The notes: generated by a model from the sequence alone, not told the origin. A DNA stretch of 35,752 nucleotides from Bacteroidota bacterium (GCA_947457525.1 CANGXE010000001.1:1-35752), one strand, 5' to 3'. Numbered from the stretch's first letter, positions 8,885 to 18,431 are shown. A program made the numbers and translations.

Positions 8885-11314
8885 CTAACCTTTACGTATA
8901 GTAGCACCGAGTTCGGTTTCAAACTTAGCCATCAATCTGCTCATTAGTTTTTCGATTTCTTGGTCTGTAAGTGTTTTGTCGGGATGTTGAAAGGTCATGC
9001 TGATGGCGTAGCTTTTCTTTCCGGCTTCAATCTTATCGCCTTTATACACATCAAACAAAGCAATTTGTTGTAATAGCTTTTTGCTTTCTACCTGTGTGAG
9101 TTGCTCAATCTGCTCGAAGCTGATGTTTTGATTAACTACCAAAGCCAAGTCACGCTTCACAGCAGGGAATTTTGGCAAAGCTGTAAACTGCACATGCGCA
9201 AACTGCGATTTATCCAGCAAATAAGACCAATTAAGATCGGCATAAAACACTTCTTGCTTAATATCAAACTTGGTCAATACCGATCGGTTTACCAAACCAA
9301 ATCGTGCAATTTCAATGCCTTCATTGCTCAACACGAGTGCATAATCAAAAGGAGATTGTTGAAGCACAGTCTGAGAAAAATGATAATGACCGAGCTTGGT
9401 CAAAATCATATTCACTAGTTGCTTGAGGTGATAGTAATTGTACTTATCTCCTTTACCCAACCAACTTTCTGACAAAGTTTGTCCGGTAAGAAACAAAGAA
9501 AGATGCAACTGTTCTTGGTAGGCGTTTTCTGTTTTGTGATATGTTTTGCCGAATTCATAAAAACGTAAATCGCTCATTTTGCGGTTTTGATTGTAGGCAA
9601 TCACCTCCAAGCCCGAATAGAGCATAGAAGTGCGCAAGCTATCGAGGTCGGCTGTTTGCGAGTTGAGGAGTTTGACCTGTTGTTTACGCAATACTTCATT
9701 TTCTTCAAATCTTGATTGTGATACCGAGTTGGTCCACACTTCGTTTAAACCACACCCGCTCAACAATTCCGCAATACTGTTCTCTACTTGCGTGGCGTTA
9801 ACTGCAGGTGAAAAAGTGAGTGCGGACTTTACTGTTTTCGGCAAGGTAAAACTGTTGTAGCCATAAATACGCACAATTTCTTCTACTACATCGGCTTCGC
9901 GTTTTACTTCTGATTTATAAGCCGGAATGAACAACTGCCACACATCGCCTTCTTCTTTTTCTATCCTAATGCCCAAACCCGAAAGGATAGTTTTGATAGT
10001 TGAAGTTTCTATAGGAAAACCAGCTAATCGCAACATACGATTAACCGACACATCCAAACTCCAATCTGGCAAAGCCGTTGGATAAATGTCAACCACATCA
10101 GAGGCAATAGCTCCTCCACAAATTTCAGTAATCAACAAAGCTGCACGTTGCAAGGCCTCGATGGTGATGTTTGGATCAGTACCTTTCTCAAAGTGTGTAG
10201 CGGCATCAGTACGTAGACCGTGGCGGCTTGATGTTTTGCGAATGGATGTAGACGAAAAATAGGCACTTTCTATAAATAGATTAACCGTGCTGCTCGTCAC
10301 GCCACTATCCAACCCACCAAACACTCCGGCCATACACATTGGTTTTTCTGCATCGTTTATCATTAAGTCTTCTGCGTGTAGTGTAAGTTCTTTTTCATCA
10401 AGAGTTTTGAACTTGGTGCCGTTAGCGACTTTTTTCACCACCACTTTGGTGTCTTTTATTTTGTCGTAATCAAACGCATGAAGCGGCTGACCATATTCGT
10501 GCAACACGAAATTGGTGATGTCTACCACATTATTGATACTTCGCACACCAATAGTACTTAGTTTGTTCTTTAACCAAGTTGGCGAATCAGCCACTTTGAT
10601 TCCCGCTATACATACCCCCGAGTAGCGCGGACAAGCTTCACTATCCAACACTTCTACATCAATTTTTAAGTTATTGTTCGCTACTTTAAAAGCAGAAACA
10701 TCGGGGCGTGTAAGCGACACTGGAGCTCGATAAGTAACCGGCAAAACAGTGGCTAAATCACGTGCCACACCAAGGTGCGAGAATGCATCCCCACGATTGG
10801 GTGTCAGTCCAATTTCTATGGTATAATCTGTTTCTACTTTAAAATATTCTGCAGCGGTTGTGCCAACGGCAACCGATGAATCAAGCACAATAATCCCCGC
10901 ATGACTATCAGATAAACCAAGTTCATCTTCTGCGCAAATCATTCCGAAGCTTTCCACACCACGGATTTTAGCTTTTTTCATCACCAATTTATCACCAGAA
11001 TAGGGATAAATCGTTGCACCGACTTGCGCTACTACTACTTTTTGGCCTTGAGCCACATTTGGCGCACCACAAACTATTTGAAGCAATTCGCCCGTGCCAA
11101 CATTTACTCTAGTCACAGAAAGTTTATCTGCATCAGGATGTTTTTCACATTCAACCACCTCTCCTATCACTACTCCCGCCAAACTGCCTTTTATACTTTC
11201 AAAAAAGATAACATCTTCCACTTCCAAACCTACACCCGTGAGCACTTCGCCCAGGTCTTGTGGAGTCAAGTTAAAATCTACATAATTCTTTAACCAGTTA
11301 TACGAAATTTTCAT
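8885..11314 (-). CDS. pheT: Phenylalanyl-tRNA synthetase beta subunit
   Basis: 809 aa. The start MKISYNWLKNYV is typical. The tRNA-binding OB domain carries HPDADKL and VCGAPNV. B3/4, B5 and the C-terminal FDX-ACB domain (FDVYKG...KSYAISMTFQ) are present. Confidence 0.95.
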   Translation of the reverse strand: MKISYNWLKNYVDFNLTPQDLGEVLTGVGLEVEDVIFFESIKGSLAGVVIGEVVECEKHPDADKLSVTRVNVGTGELLQIVCGAPNVAQGQKVVVAQVGATIYPYSGDKLVMKKAKIRGVESFGMICAEDELGLSDSHAGIIVLDSSVAVGTTAAEYFKVETDYTIEIGLTPNRGDAFSHLGVARDLATVLPVTYRAPVSLTRPDVSAFKVANNNLKIDVEVLDSEACPRYSGVCIAGIKVADSPTWLKNKLSTIGVRSINNVVDITNFVLHEYGQPLHAFDYDKIKDTKVVVKKVANGTKFKTLDEKELTLHAEDLMINDAEKPMCMAGVFGGLDSGVTSSTVNLFIESAYFSSTSIRKTSSRHGLRTDAATHFEKGTDPNITIEALQRAALLITEICGGAIASDVVDIYPTALPDWSLDVSVNRMLRLAGFPIETSTIKTILSGLGIRIEKEEGDVWQLFIPAYKSEVKREADVVEEIVRIYGYNSFTLPKTVKSALTFSPAVNATQVENSIAELLSGCGLNEVWTNSVSQSRFEENEVLRKQQVKLLNSQTADLDSLRTSMLYSGLEVIAYNQNRKMSDLRFYEFGKTYHKTENAYQEQLHLSLFLTGQTLSESWLGKGDKYNYYHLKQLVNMILTKLGHYHFSQTVLQQSPFDYALVLSNEGIEIARFGLVNRSVLTKFDIKQEVFYADLNWSYLLDKSQFAHVQFTALPKFPAVKRDLALVVNQNISFEQIEQLTQVESKKLLQQIALFDVYKGDKIEAGKKSYAISMTFQHPDKTLTDQEIEKLMSRLMAKFETELGATIRKG

Positions 11315-11346
11315 GGGAGCGAATATAGGGGTGTTTCTAAAAAAGA

Positions 11347-12216
11347 CTACTTGATTTTAATCTCTTTTCCTTGGTAAATAATTTTACTGTTTTGGAACGC
11401 GTGCAGGTAAGCCACCAAATACATGTCATCTTCTTTCCAACCTGCATCCAACACTTTTTTGTACACCTTGCGCACTACGCGTCCGGGCTCACGTGTAGCG
11501 GAGATAATATCACCTTGCGTTTCGGAGATAAACTCGCGAACGATATCTTTATGCGTGTAGAAAGTATCAATCACCGAGCCGTCTAGTTGAGCCGTCACAA
11601 TATCGCTCTCCGCCAAAAGAACAGTCACTTTATTCTCTTCAGAAACAGCTTGGGTATAATGGATTTCGACTACCATGGTCAACTCGCGACTAGTAGAATT
11701 GTAGGTGGTTTTTAAATCAATGTTAGCTTTTGGTGTATTCGCCAATTGATTGGCTACCTGGCTAGTCCATTTGCTCTTATCGAGTAAAATTTTGGTTTCT
11801 CCGCTAAACACCGTCCTGTCAATCCCGGCTGCCGGTTCCAAACCGATTTGGCCTAAGTAGTCGAAGAGCGACTGGGACTTCTGGCTGCGAAAATCATGTG
11901 CACTGAACGGATAAGGCGCCCCCAAAGAATTTATGGGATGAAAACTCACCGCAACTACTTTCCCAGGATTAGCCGTCTTGATGGCGTTAATAATCTGATG
12001 GCCTTGAGGGCAGTTCGGACAGCGCACTCCGGTAAATTCTTCAATGACCACGTGTTTGGCTTCCGGAGTTTGTACAGGAGACTCTATGTATGTGGTGTCA
12101 GAAACCGAGTTTTGGTTTTTACCCAAGTTGATATCAGGCCCAATTTCTTCGCAAGAAGAAACAAACACGAAAGCAAGAGCAAAAACAACGAAAAGTAACC
12201 GATGAATAAACTGCAT
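11347..12216 (-). CDS. Omp28-like surface lipoprotein with a thioredoxin-style CxxC motif
   Basis: Trimmed from the TTG at 12222 to the ATG at 12214-12216 (MQFIHRLLFVVFALAFVFVSSC, lipobox VSSC), giving 289 aa. EEFTGVRCPNCPQGH (CPNC = 12010-12021) matches my recollection of the Omp28-related family. An HMM search is needed to confirm. Confidence 0.7.
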   Translation of the reverse strand: MQFIHRLLFVVFALAFVFVSSCEEIGPDINLGKNQNSVSDTTYIESPVQTPEAKHVVIEEFTGVRCPNCPQGHQIINAIKTANPGKVVAVSFHPINSLGAPYPFSAHDFRSQKSQSLFDYLGQIGLEPAAGIDRTVFSGETKILLDKSKWTSQVANQLANTPKANIDLKTTYNSTSRELTMVVEIHYTQAVSEENKVTVLLAESDIVTAQLDGSVIDTFYTHKDIVREFISETQGDIISATREPGRVVRKVYKKVLDAGWKEDDMYLVAYLHAFQNSKIIYQGKEIKIK

Positions 12217-12225
12217 AACCAAAAT

Positions 12226-13860
12226 TTAAAACGTAGAGTTAATACCTAATTTGACGCCACTAAAGGCAGGCTCTAAACGACAAACACCACCCGTACATAC
12301 TATCCCCTCAACTTGTTTAACAAAAGCTAACGAGAATCGGTTTGCTCCGTGGGTATAAGCCGCAAAAATGTTGTAATAATGATTGGCGTTCGGATTGATC
12401 TCAGGATTAGGTTTAAAGTTCCACATATCCGACACCGCTATTGAGAAATGTGGTGCAAAGTTAAACTCAATCAATCCGAAAATCCACTGGCCATAGTCTT
12501 TAATAACATGTTGATATTGCCACTCGGTGCGAATGCTCATTTTTTTATTGATTTTATAGCTTAACTCAAAGAAAGGGGTATAAGCATTTATATCATGGTG
12601 GCCTTCTTTGCGGTAAATAAACTTGTTATAGCGGGCAAAGTGAAATCCGATTTCAAACTCTAAAGACTTGGTAGGTTTAAACTGCCCGGCAATGTAAGCC
12701 TCACCAAAGAAAGCGGTGTCAGATGGGTTGTATTGCTTCAATAAAAAGTCGCGGATGTAAGCACCTTGAACCGTAAACGTCATTTTTCGGTTAGGTGAAT
12801 AGGTGATTTCCGTGCCGAATGACAATTCTCTATTTTCTAGTGACTGTGCAAAATACAAAGCGGGTAAGCGCAATGAATTTTGGCGAGAAACAGGCGGCAA
12901 GAAACTCAACAAACCATCAAAGAGTGCCTCTGTCGGATTTGGTGAAGTGTGCAAATAAAAGTTCTCCGTGCGTTTAAATTGGAACGTGACACCAAAACCT
13001 TTTTTCGAGTAGTTCATAGTGGTAAACACACAGTTTCCGGATGAATTTATCAAGGTATCTTTTGCATCTCTGATTTGATCTTTCTTAATCGCTTCTCGAG
13101 TTTTGAACGCCCCTTCTACATACCAGCTAAAGCTCCCTGCGGTCAATGTGTTATAAAAAGTGGCAGCATAGGTATTATACTTTGGCACAAAGCGACCGAG
13201 TGTGTCATAAGTTTCTATAGTTGACACTACTTGGTCAATACTCTCTTTATCCATGCTACGGTTTAAAATACCCACACCCGGCTGCAACAATACTTTGTCT
13301 TTTATATTAAAGTTCCCATCGGCATTAAACCCGAAGATGATTGGTTTTTGTATACTAAACTTCAACTTTTGAACTCCGGCAAAAGCTTTTAATCGAACTA
13401 CTTCTTTAATATCATACTCTAACCTAGCTCCAAGTATAGCGTTATCAATGCCAAGAGGTCTTTCTTCATAGCTGCGAAAGATAATTCCAGAGCCGATTTG
13501 GTCATAAATATAACCACCGGTGATGGTTAAATCTTTTACTTTCTTTTTTATATAAAAATTACCGATGCCCACAGCAGTATATGGCGTGGTAGGCACACGG
13601 AGAATAGAGTTATAAAACACATCCATTCTAACTCCGGCCTCTAAGCCAAACTTCTCGTTAGTATAATTCAAATTTAACCAAGCATCAGCCCCAATTTTCA
13701 GATTGTCATAATGCGGTAAATTGAAAGCGCCAATTTTCTCATCGCGAATAAAAAAGTTGGCGTTAGATTGAAAAGCACCCGAGAAATAACCGGATTGCGC
13801 GATTACTGAAAGAGTATTAGTCAATAAGAAAGTTGACAAACACAAAAGCCTTATCCACAT
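12226..13860 (-). CDS. Predicted outer-membrane beta-barrel protein of unknown function (possibly DUF6029-like)
   Basis: 544 aa with Sec signal MWIRLLCLSTFLLTNTLSVIAQS. It is rich in alternating aromatic/polar beta-strand patterns. The C-terminus ...GVKLGINSTF ends in Phe, as in OMP beta-signals. Only 9 nt upstream of the Omp28-like gene. Confidence 0.65.
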   Translation of the reverse strand: MWIRLLCLSTFLLTNTLSVIAQSGYFSGAFQSNANFFIRDEKIGAFNLPHYDNLKIGADAWLNLNYTNEKFGLEAGVRMDVFYNSILRVPTTPYTAVGIGNFYIKKKVKDLTITGGYIYDQIGSGIIFRSYEERPLGIDNAILGARLEYDIKEVVRLKAFAGVQKLKFSIQKPIIFGFNADGNFNIKDKVLLQPGVGILNRSMDKESIDQVVSTIETYDTLGRFVPKYNTYAATFYNTLTAGSFSWYVEGAFKTREAIKKDQIRDAKDTLINSSGNCVFTTMNYSKKGFGVTFQFKRTENFYLHTSPNPTEALFDGLLSFLPPVSRQNSLRLPALYFAQSLENRELSFGTEITYSPNRKMTFTVQGAYIRDFLLKQYNPSDTAFFGEAYIAGQFKPTKSLEFEIGFHFARYNKFIYRKEGHHDINAYTPFFELSYKINKKMSIRTEWQYQHVIKDYGQWIFGLIEFNFAPHFSIAVSDMWNFKPNPEINPNANHYYNIFAAYTHGANRFSLAFVKQVEGIVCTGGVCRLEPAFSGVKLGINSTF

Positions 13861-13982
13861 TATAAAAACTATATTTTAAGCAGTAAAGGTATCAGAATTG
13901 TGATTGTATAAAAATGGTTTATTTTCGGATAATATTTCTTTTTTGGCACGACAGTTGGTTAAACAACTACAAATCTATCAAA

Positions 13983-14504
13983 ATGCAAAAAACAAGTTTT
14001 TTTATCGCCACAATAATAATCGCTCTTTTTAGCCATGCTCAAGAGAAGACAGTATTGGAAAAAATATTAGGCGAAAAAACATTGCCATCTATTACTTTAC
14101 TTGACATGAATGGCAAAAAAGTGAATGTGGCAGACTATGGCAAATCCGGTAAAATCACCATTCTCAGCTTTTGGGCCACGTGGTGTATTCCTTGTAAAAA
14201 AGAGCTAGCAAACATGGCAGAATTACAAGAAGATTGGGCTAAAAAATACAATACGCAAATTGTAGCAGTTTCAATAGATGATTCTAGAAATACTACTAAA
14301 GTTAAGCCTTATGTTGATGGTCAACGATGGGAGTATGAGGTATTACTCGATGTTAACCAAGATTTGAAACGAAACTTAAACATACCGAGTGTACCGTTTA
14401 CTATCTTAGTTGACTCGGAAGGCAAAATTGTATACACTCACTCCGGTTACACCGAAGGGGATGAATACGTTTTAGAAGAGCAGATTCAGAAAATCAAAAA
14501 GTAA
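13983..14504 (+). CDS. TlpA/ResA-family thiol-disulfide oxidoreductase (secreted thioredoxin-like)
   Basis: Trimmed to the ATG at 13983 (MQKTSFFIATIIIALFSHAQ signal). Redox motif FWATWCIPCKKE (CIPC = 14184-14195), and PFTILVDSEGKIV is typical of the TlpA/AhpC-TSA fold. Confidence 0.85.
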   Translation: MQKTSFFIATIIIALFSHAQEKTVLEKILGEKTLPSITLLDMNGKKVNVADYGKSGKITILSFWATWCIPCKKELANMAELQEDWAKKYNTQIVAVSIDDSRNTTKVKPYVDGQRWEYEVLLDVNQDLKRNLNIPSVPFTILVDSEGKIVYTHSGYTEGDEYVLEEQIQKIKK

Positions 14505-14513
14505 ATATCAATA

Positions 14514-15809
14514 CTACTTTTTCTTTGATGACCGGCCTGTAGGCTGGTCATCTGTTTTATAGCCCAGTCCTGCAGCCAATTTATAGTTCTTTAGTGCTAA
14601 TTTTTTCTTCCCAAGACCGGTGTAAGCATCACCCAAAGCTTGATAAGTGTTGGCGTAGCCTGCATCATAAGTAACTGCTTTATTCAAAAACTCAACCGCC
14701 TTACCATATATACCTATTTTATTAGCACACATTCCGGCACCATAGAGAAAGTCTCTACTTTCACCTAACTTTTGAAGCGCAGTTTCGTAGCTATTGAACG
14801 CCTCTTCAAAACTCTTGTTGGAAATGTATGCTTTACCCAATTCGCTGTAGGCTTGCGGATTTTTAGGATTCATGCGAATTATATTCTGCAAGTAAGAAGC
14901 GGCATGCACATAATCATTATTCTTTTGTGCTATATTCACCAAGTTCCAGCCTACTTTTTCGTTGTTTCTGTTTATGGCGTATAATCTTGCTAGATACTTT
15001 TCTGCATTTTTGAGGTCGTGCTGTTCTAAATATATCTGTGCAATCAAAGCAACTGTATTTGAATCCTTCGGCATCAATATAAACGCTTGTTCTAAACTCA
15101 CCAAGGCTGCAGTTTTGTCATTCAAGCCAAAATGAATTCTACCGAGATTATAATGCGCCATGCCGTTCAACTTATCGAGAAGTATTGACTGACAGAAATA
15201 ATTACGAGCAGTTAGATAGTTATTTTGCACCATGTAGCATACTCCGACCAAGTTGTGTACGTCCGAACGATTAAAATTCAAATCCAATATGCTTCGGTAG
15301 TTAACGAGAGCTTCATCGTACTTGCCTTGGTAAAACTGAGCATTCGCCAAATAATAAAGGGCAAAAGTGTCTTTGGGTACCAACTTTAAATACTCTTTGA
15401 AAAAAAATTCACTAGAGTCAAAACGAGCAACATTATAACTGCTGGCACCGTTGCTCAGAACTTGACGTTGATACAACTCAGGCGTTAAATTGGCCGATGC
15501 AATACGGTTATAGATTTCATCTTGAGGTTTAAATCTTTGCGCTTCTTCGTGTGCTTTGCTACCAGCTTGATCATTTCTCAACGAATCGTAGGCCATAGCC
15601 ATCAATCCTGCTACTAAACCATCTCCTTCACCTAGCGCTACCATTTTTTGACAGTTTAAAATACAATCAATGTATTTGGCTTGTGCAAAGTTCCTAATCG
15701 CATCAACTCTCAAATTTTTTGTGTCACTAGAAGTTATTCTAGCCGGAGATTGTGCATTGACTAAAACTGCCAACCATACAAAAATTGCGATAAATACACC
15801 CTGCTTCAT
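14514..15809 (-). CDS. Secreted tetratricopeptide-repeat (TPR) protein
   Basis: 431 aa with signal peptide ...LVNAQS. It has many 34-residue repeats of the pattern A..Y.LG..Y...g.y..A...f..al.l.P. Confidence 0.8.
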   Translation of the reverse strand: MKQGVFIAIFVWLAVLVNAQSPARITSSDTKNLRVDAIRNFAQAKYIDCILNCQKMVALGEGDGLVAGLMAMAYDSLRNDQAGSKAHEEAQRFKPQDEIYNRIASANLTPELYQRQVLSNGASSYNVARFDSSEFFFKEYLKLVPKDTFALYYLANAQFYQGKYDEALVNYRSILDLNFNRSDVHNLVGVCYMVQNNYLTARNYFCQSILLDKLNGMAHYNLGRIHFGLNDKTAALVSLEQAFILMPKDSNTVALIAQIYLEQHDLKNAEKYLARLYAINRNNEKVGWNLVNIAQKNNDYVHAASYLQNIIRMNPKNPQAYSELGKAYISNKSFEEAFNSYETALQKLGESRDFLYGAGMCANKIGIYGKAVEFLNKAVTYDAGYANTYQALGDAYTGLGKKKLALKNYKLAAGLGYKTDDQPTGRSSKKK

Positions 15810-15820
15810 ATATCTCGGTT

Positions 15821-16711
15821 TTATATTTTAAATCTCTCTGAGACCACTAGTTCCTTACTCCCGGCAGTGTACTTATAAAATCCCTCACCAGTTTTTGCAC
15901 CCAAATAGCCCGCAGTCACCATATTGACCAATAGTGGACATGGCGCATACTTTGGATTGCCAAAACCAACGTGCAACACATTTAAAATAGCCAGACAAAC
16001 GTCCAAGCCTATAAAATCTGCTAATTGCAACGGTCCCATTGGATGAGCCATACCCAGCTTCATCACAGTATCAATTTCAGCTATCCCAGCTACTCCTTCG
16101 TGTAGCGTTATTATTGCTTCGTTTATCATAGGCATCAAAATCCTATTGGCCACAAAGCCGGGGTAATCATTCGCCTCTACAGGTATCTTTCCTAGTGTAC
16201 GAGTACATATATCAATTTGTTGCAATGTTTCGCGACTAGTTGCGTAGCCATTGATAACTTCTACCAACTTCATCACCGGAACCGGATTCATAAAGTGCAT
16301 GCCAATCACTTTGTCGGGGCGTTTTGTTGCTGCACCAATCCGCGTGATGCTAATACTTGATGTGTTAGACGCTAAAATAGTTTCCTGCTTACAGATCTCA
16401 TCAAGCTGCTTAAATATTTTCAACTTGATATCTACGTTTTCTGTGGCAGCTTCTACTACTAAATCTGCATCGGCACATACATCAAAGGATGTGGCTATGC
16501 TTAGATTTTTAAGTGTTTCTGCTTTCTGCAACTCTGTGAGCGTTTGTTTAGCAATCAAACGATCTAGGTTTTTAGTGATAGTCGCTATAGCTTTAGTTAG
16601 TTGCTCGGCAGATAAATCCACCAATTTCACTTCAAATCCATTCATAGCAAAAACGTGGGCAATGCCATTACCCATTGTTCCGGCACCAATTACAGCTACT
16701 TTAGAAATCAT
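15821..16711 (-). CDS. hbd: 3-hydroxyacyl/3-hydroxybutyryl-CoA dehydrogenase
   Basis: Rossmann motif KVAVIGAGTMGNGIA, then NTSSISIT, HFMNPVPVMKLVE and GFVANRIL, which are characteristic of the HBD/HADH family. Trimmed from the TTG (16718-16720) to the ATG at 16709-16711 (MISKVAVIG...). Confidence 0.85.
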   Translation of the reverse strand: MISKVAVIGAGTMGNGIAHVFAMNGFEVKLVDLSAEQLTKAIATITKNLDRLIAKQTLTELQKAETLKNLSIATSFDVCADADLVVEAATENVDIKLKIFKQLDEICKQETILASNTSSISITRIGAATKRPDKVIGMHFMNPVPVMKLVEVINGYATSRETLQQIDICTRTLGKIPVEANDYPGFVANRILMPMINEAIITLHEGVAGIAEIDTVMKLGMAHPMGPLQLADFIGLDVCLAILNVLHVGFGNPKYAPCPLLVNMVTAGYLGAKTGEGFYKYTAGSKELVVSERFKI

Positions 16712-16717
16712 ACGGTT

Positions 16718-16725
16718 CAAATTTA
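16718..16725 (-). promoter_or_regulatory. Exact TAnnTTTG box (TAAATTTG) only 7 nt upstream of the hbd ATG
   Basis: The + strand reads caaattta at 16718-16725. This matches the Bacteroidota sigma-A -7 consensus. Its position would imply a near-leaderless mRNA. It could be a chance match in AT-rich DNA. Confidence 0.2.
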
Positions 16726-16816
16726 AGTTTAGAAAAATTAATATTTATTAAATAACTAATACGTTGTGGATATAACTAAACACTAATAGACACTCTTATA
16801 AAAAAGTTGAGCGAAA

Positions 16817-17548
16817 TCATTTTTTATAGGAACTAAAGAAACTATTCCACTGAATTGTCAATACTCCAAAAATACCTTCCTTAATTATGTTCCTGCTCAT
16901 TTTTGAAACGCCCTCTACTCGCTCGGTGAAAATGATGGGTACTTCAACAAAACTAAATCCTAGTCTTTTAGCAGCAAATTTCATTTCAATTTGAAAAGCA
17001 TAGCCAATAAATCTGATTTTATCTAAATCTATCGCTTCAAGCACTTTTCTTTTATAACAGATAAAACCGGCTGTTGGATCTTTGATACCTATCCAAGTAA
17101 CGAGGTTGACATAAATGGATGCTGATTTAGATAATCGGATACGATCTTTCGGCCAGTTGACAAAACCACCACCCGGAACATAGCGAGAGCCTATCGCTAC
17201 ATCATAGTTTTGCTTAGCACATGCACCATGCAGGCGAATAAGGTCTTCCGGATTATGGCTAAAATCGCAATCCATTTCAAAAATGTATTGATAGTTGCGT
17301 TCTAATGCCCATTTGAAACCGGTGATGTACGCAGTGCCTAATCCCAATTTACCTTGACGTTCAATCAAAAACAACCGTCCGAGAAATTCGCTTTGCAACT
17401 CTCTCACCTTTGCACCGGTGCCATCGGGAGAACCATCGTCTATTATGAGCAAATGAAATGAATGCGACAAGTCAAACACTTTTCGCACCATTTTTTCAAT
17501 GTTGCCCAACTCGTTGAAAGTAGGTATTATGACTATGCTATCGCTCAA
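16817..17548 (-). CDS. Polyprenol/dolichol-phosphate mannosyltransferase-like family 2 glycosyltransferase
   Basis: 243 aa. Motifs VIIPTFNE, IIDDGSPDGT, EMDCDFSH (DxD region) and GSRY are present. The start is TTG (17546-17548), 4 codons after an in-frame TAA, with no ATG alternative. Confidence 0.85.
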   Translation of the reverse strand: MSDSIVIIPTFNELGNIEKMVRKVFDLSHSFHLLIIDDGSPDGTGAKVRELQSEFLGRLFLIERQGKLGLGTAYITGFKWALERNYQYIFEMDCDFSHNPEDLIRLHGACAKQNYDVAIGSRYVPGGGFVNWPKDRIRLSKSASIYVNLVTWIGIKDPTAGFICYKRKVLEAIDLDKIRFIGYAFQIEMKFAAKRLGFSFVEVPIIFTERVEGVSKMSRNIIKEGIFGVLTIQWNSFFSSYKK

Positions 17549-17583
17549 ACCTATGTTTGTTTATTGTAAAAATTTAGGTGTAA

Positions 17584-17591
17584 CAAATGTA
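17584..17591 (-). promoter_or_regulatory. Candidate -7 promoter box (TACATTTG) for the glycosyltransferase gene
   Basis: Exact TAnnTTTG on the - strand, 36 nt upstream of the TTG start at 17548. Confidence 0.35.
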
Positions 17592-17633
17592 AAAGTTGAA
17601 TTCACTTTAGGAAATGAATTTGGCTTTTTTTCA

Positions 17634-18428
17634 CTACTTCAAGCTTTCTTTTATCTCTTTTAGCTTTTGCTTGGTGTGTTGAGCGAAGTCACCTTCCATC
17701 ATCCAACGGTAGTAACCTTGGTCGGTTTTAAGTACATCATCAACTCTGCGTCCTTTATGTTTTCCAAAATTAAATGTTGCTTTCCCGTTGACATACATAA
17801 ATCGTCTACCACTATCAATAAATATTTCATCATTCGACAATTGGTGCAGTTGGTCTACATCGTTGCTCAACTCGTCATATTTTCGTATTTGAGCTAACAG
17901 AACTTCGTAAGTAGCCAAAGTATCGGCCTCTGCACTATGAGCATTCACCAGCGTTTTGTCACAATAAAATTGATAAGCTGCCTCTAACGTACGTTTTTCA
18001 AAATGCGTGTAAATGCGATGCACATCTACCAAAGCACGATTTTCTATACTAAAACTCAAGCCTACACGGATAAACTCTTCCAACAACATCGGCACATCAA
18101 AACGATTGGAATTAAACCCCGCAAGGTCGCATGGGTTGAGGAAATCAAAAATCTCTTGTGCCAATTGCGCAAATGTGGGCGCAAGAGCAATATCCTCATC
18201 ATAGATGCCATGCACCAATGATGCTTCAACAGGTATGGGAATGGTTGGATTAATGCGATGTGTCAATAAAGTAGTAGTGCCGTCCACATTAGCGCGCAGA
18301 ATACTAATCTCTACAACTCTATCTTTCACAAAATCAACTCCTGTTGACTCTATATCAAAAAAGGCTAAAGGACGTTTGAGGTTTAACTTCAACGAAGCAG
18401 CATCAAATAGGTTTGGTTGTTGGTTCAC
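17634..18428 (-). CDS. DEDDh 3'-5' exonuclease (DnaQ/ExoX-like) with a small C-terminal ExoX-C/DUF3820-like domain
   Basis: Exo I FFDIESTG, Exo II GFNSNRFDVPML and Exo III HSAEADT are present. The C-terminal FNFGKHKGRRVDDVLKTDQGYYRWMM resembles the ExoX-like C-terminal domain. The start is GTG (18426-18428), 3 nt after the mpl stop. Confidence 0.8.
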   Translation of the reverse strand: MNQQPNLFDAASLKLNLKRPLAFFDIESTGVDFVKDRVVEISILRANVDGTTTLLTHRINPTIPIPVEASLVHGIYDEDIALAPTFAQLAQEIFDFLNPCDLAGFNSNRFDVPMLLEEFIRVGLSFSIENRALVDVHRIYTHFEKRTLEAAYQFYCDKTLVNAHSAEADTLATYEVLLAQIRKYDELSNDVDQLHQLSNDEIFIDSGRRFMYVNGKATFNFGKHKGRRVDDVLKTDQGYYRWMMEGDFAQHTKQKLKEIKESLK

Positions 18429-18431
18429 TAT

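Noticed and set aside
16251-16751. A 166-aa + strand ORF lies antisense to hbd.
   Set aside because: It is entirely contained within the well-supported dehydrogenase gene. Its translation is Ser/Ile/Phe-rich with no signal or motif. This is a shadow ORF.
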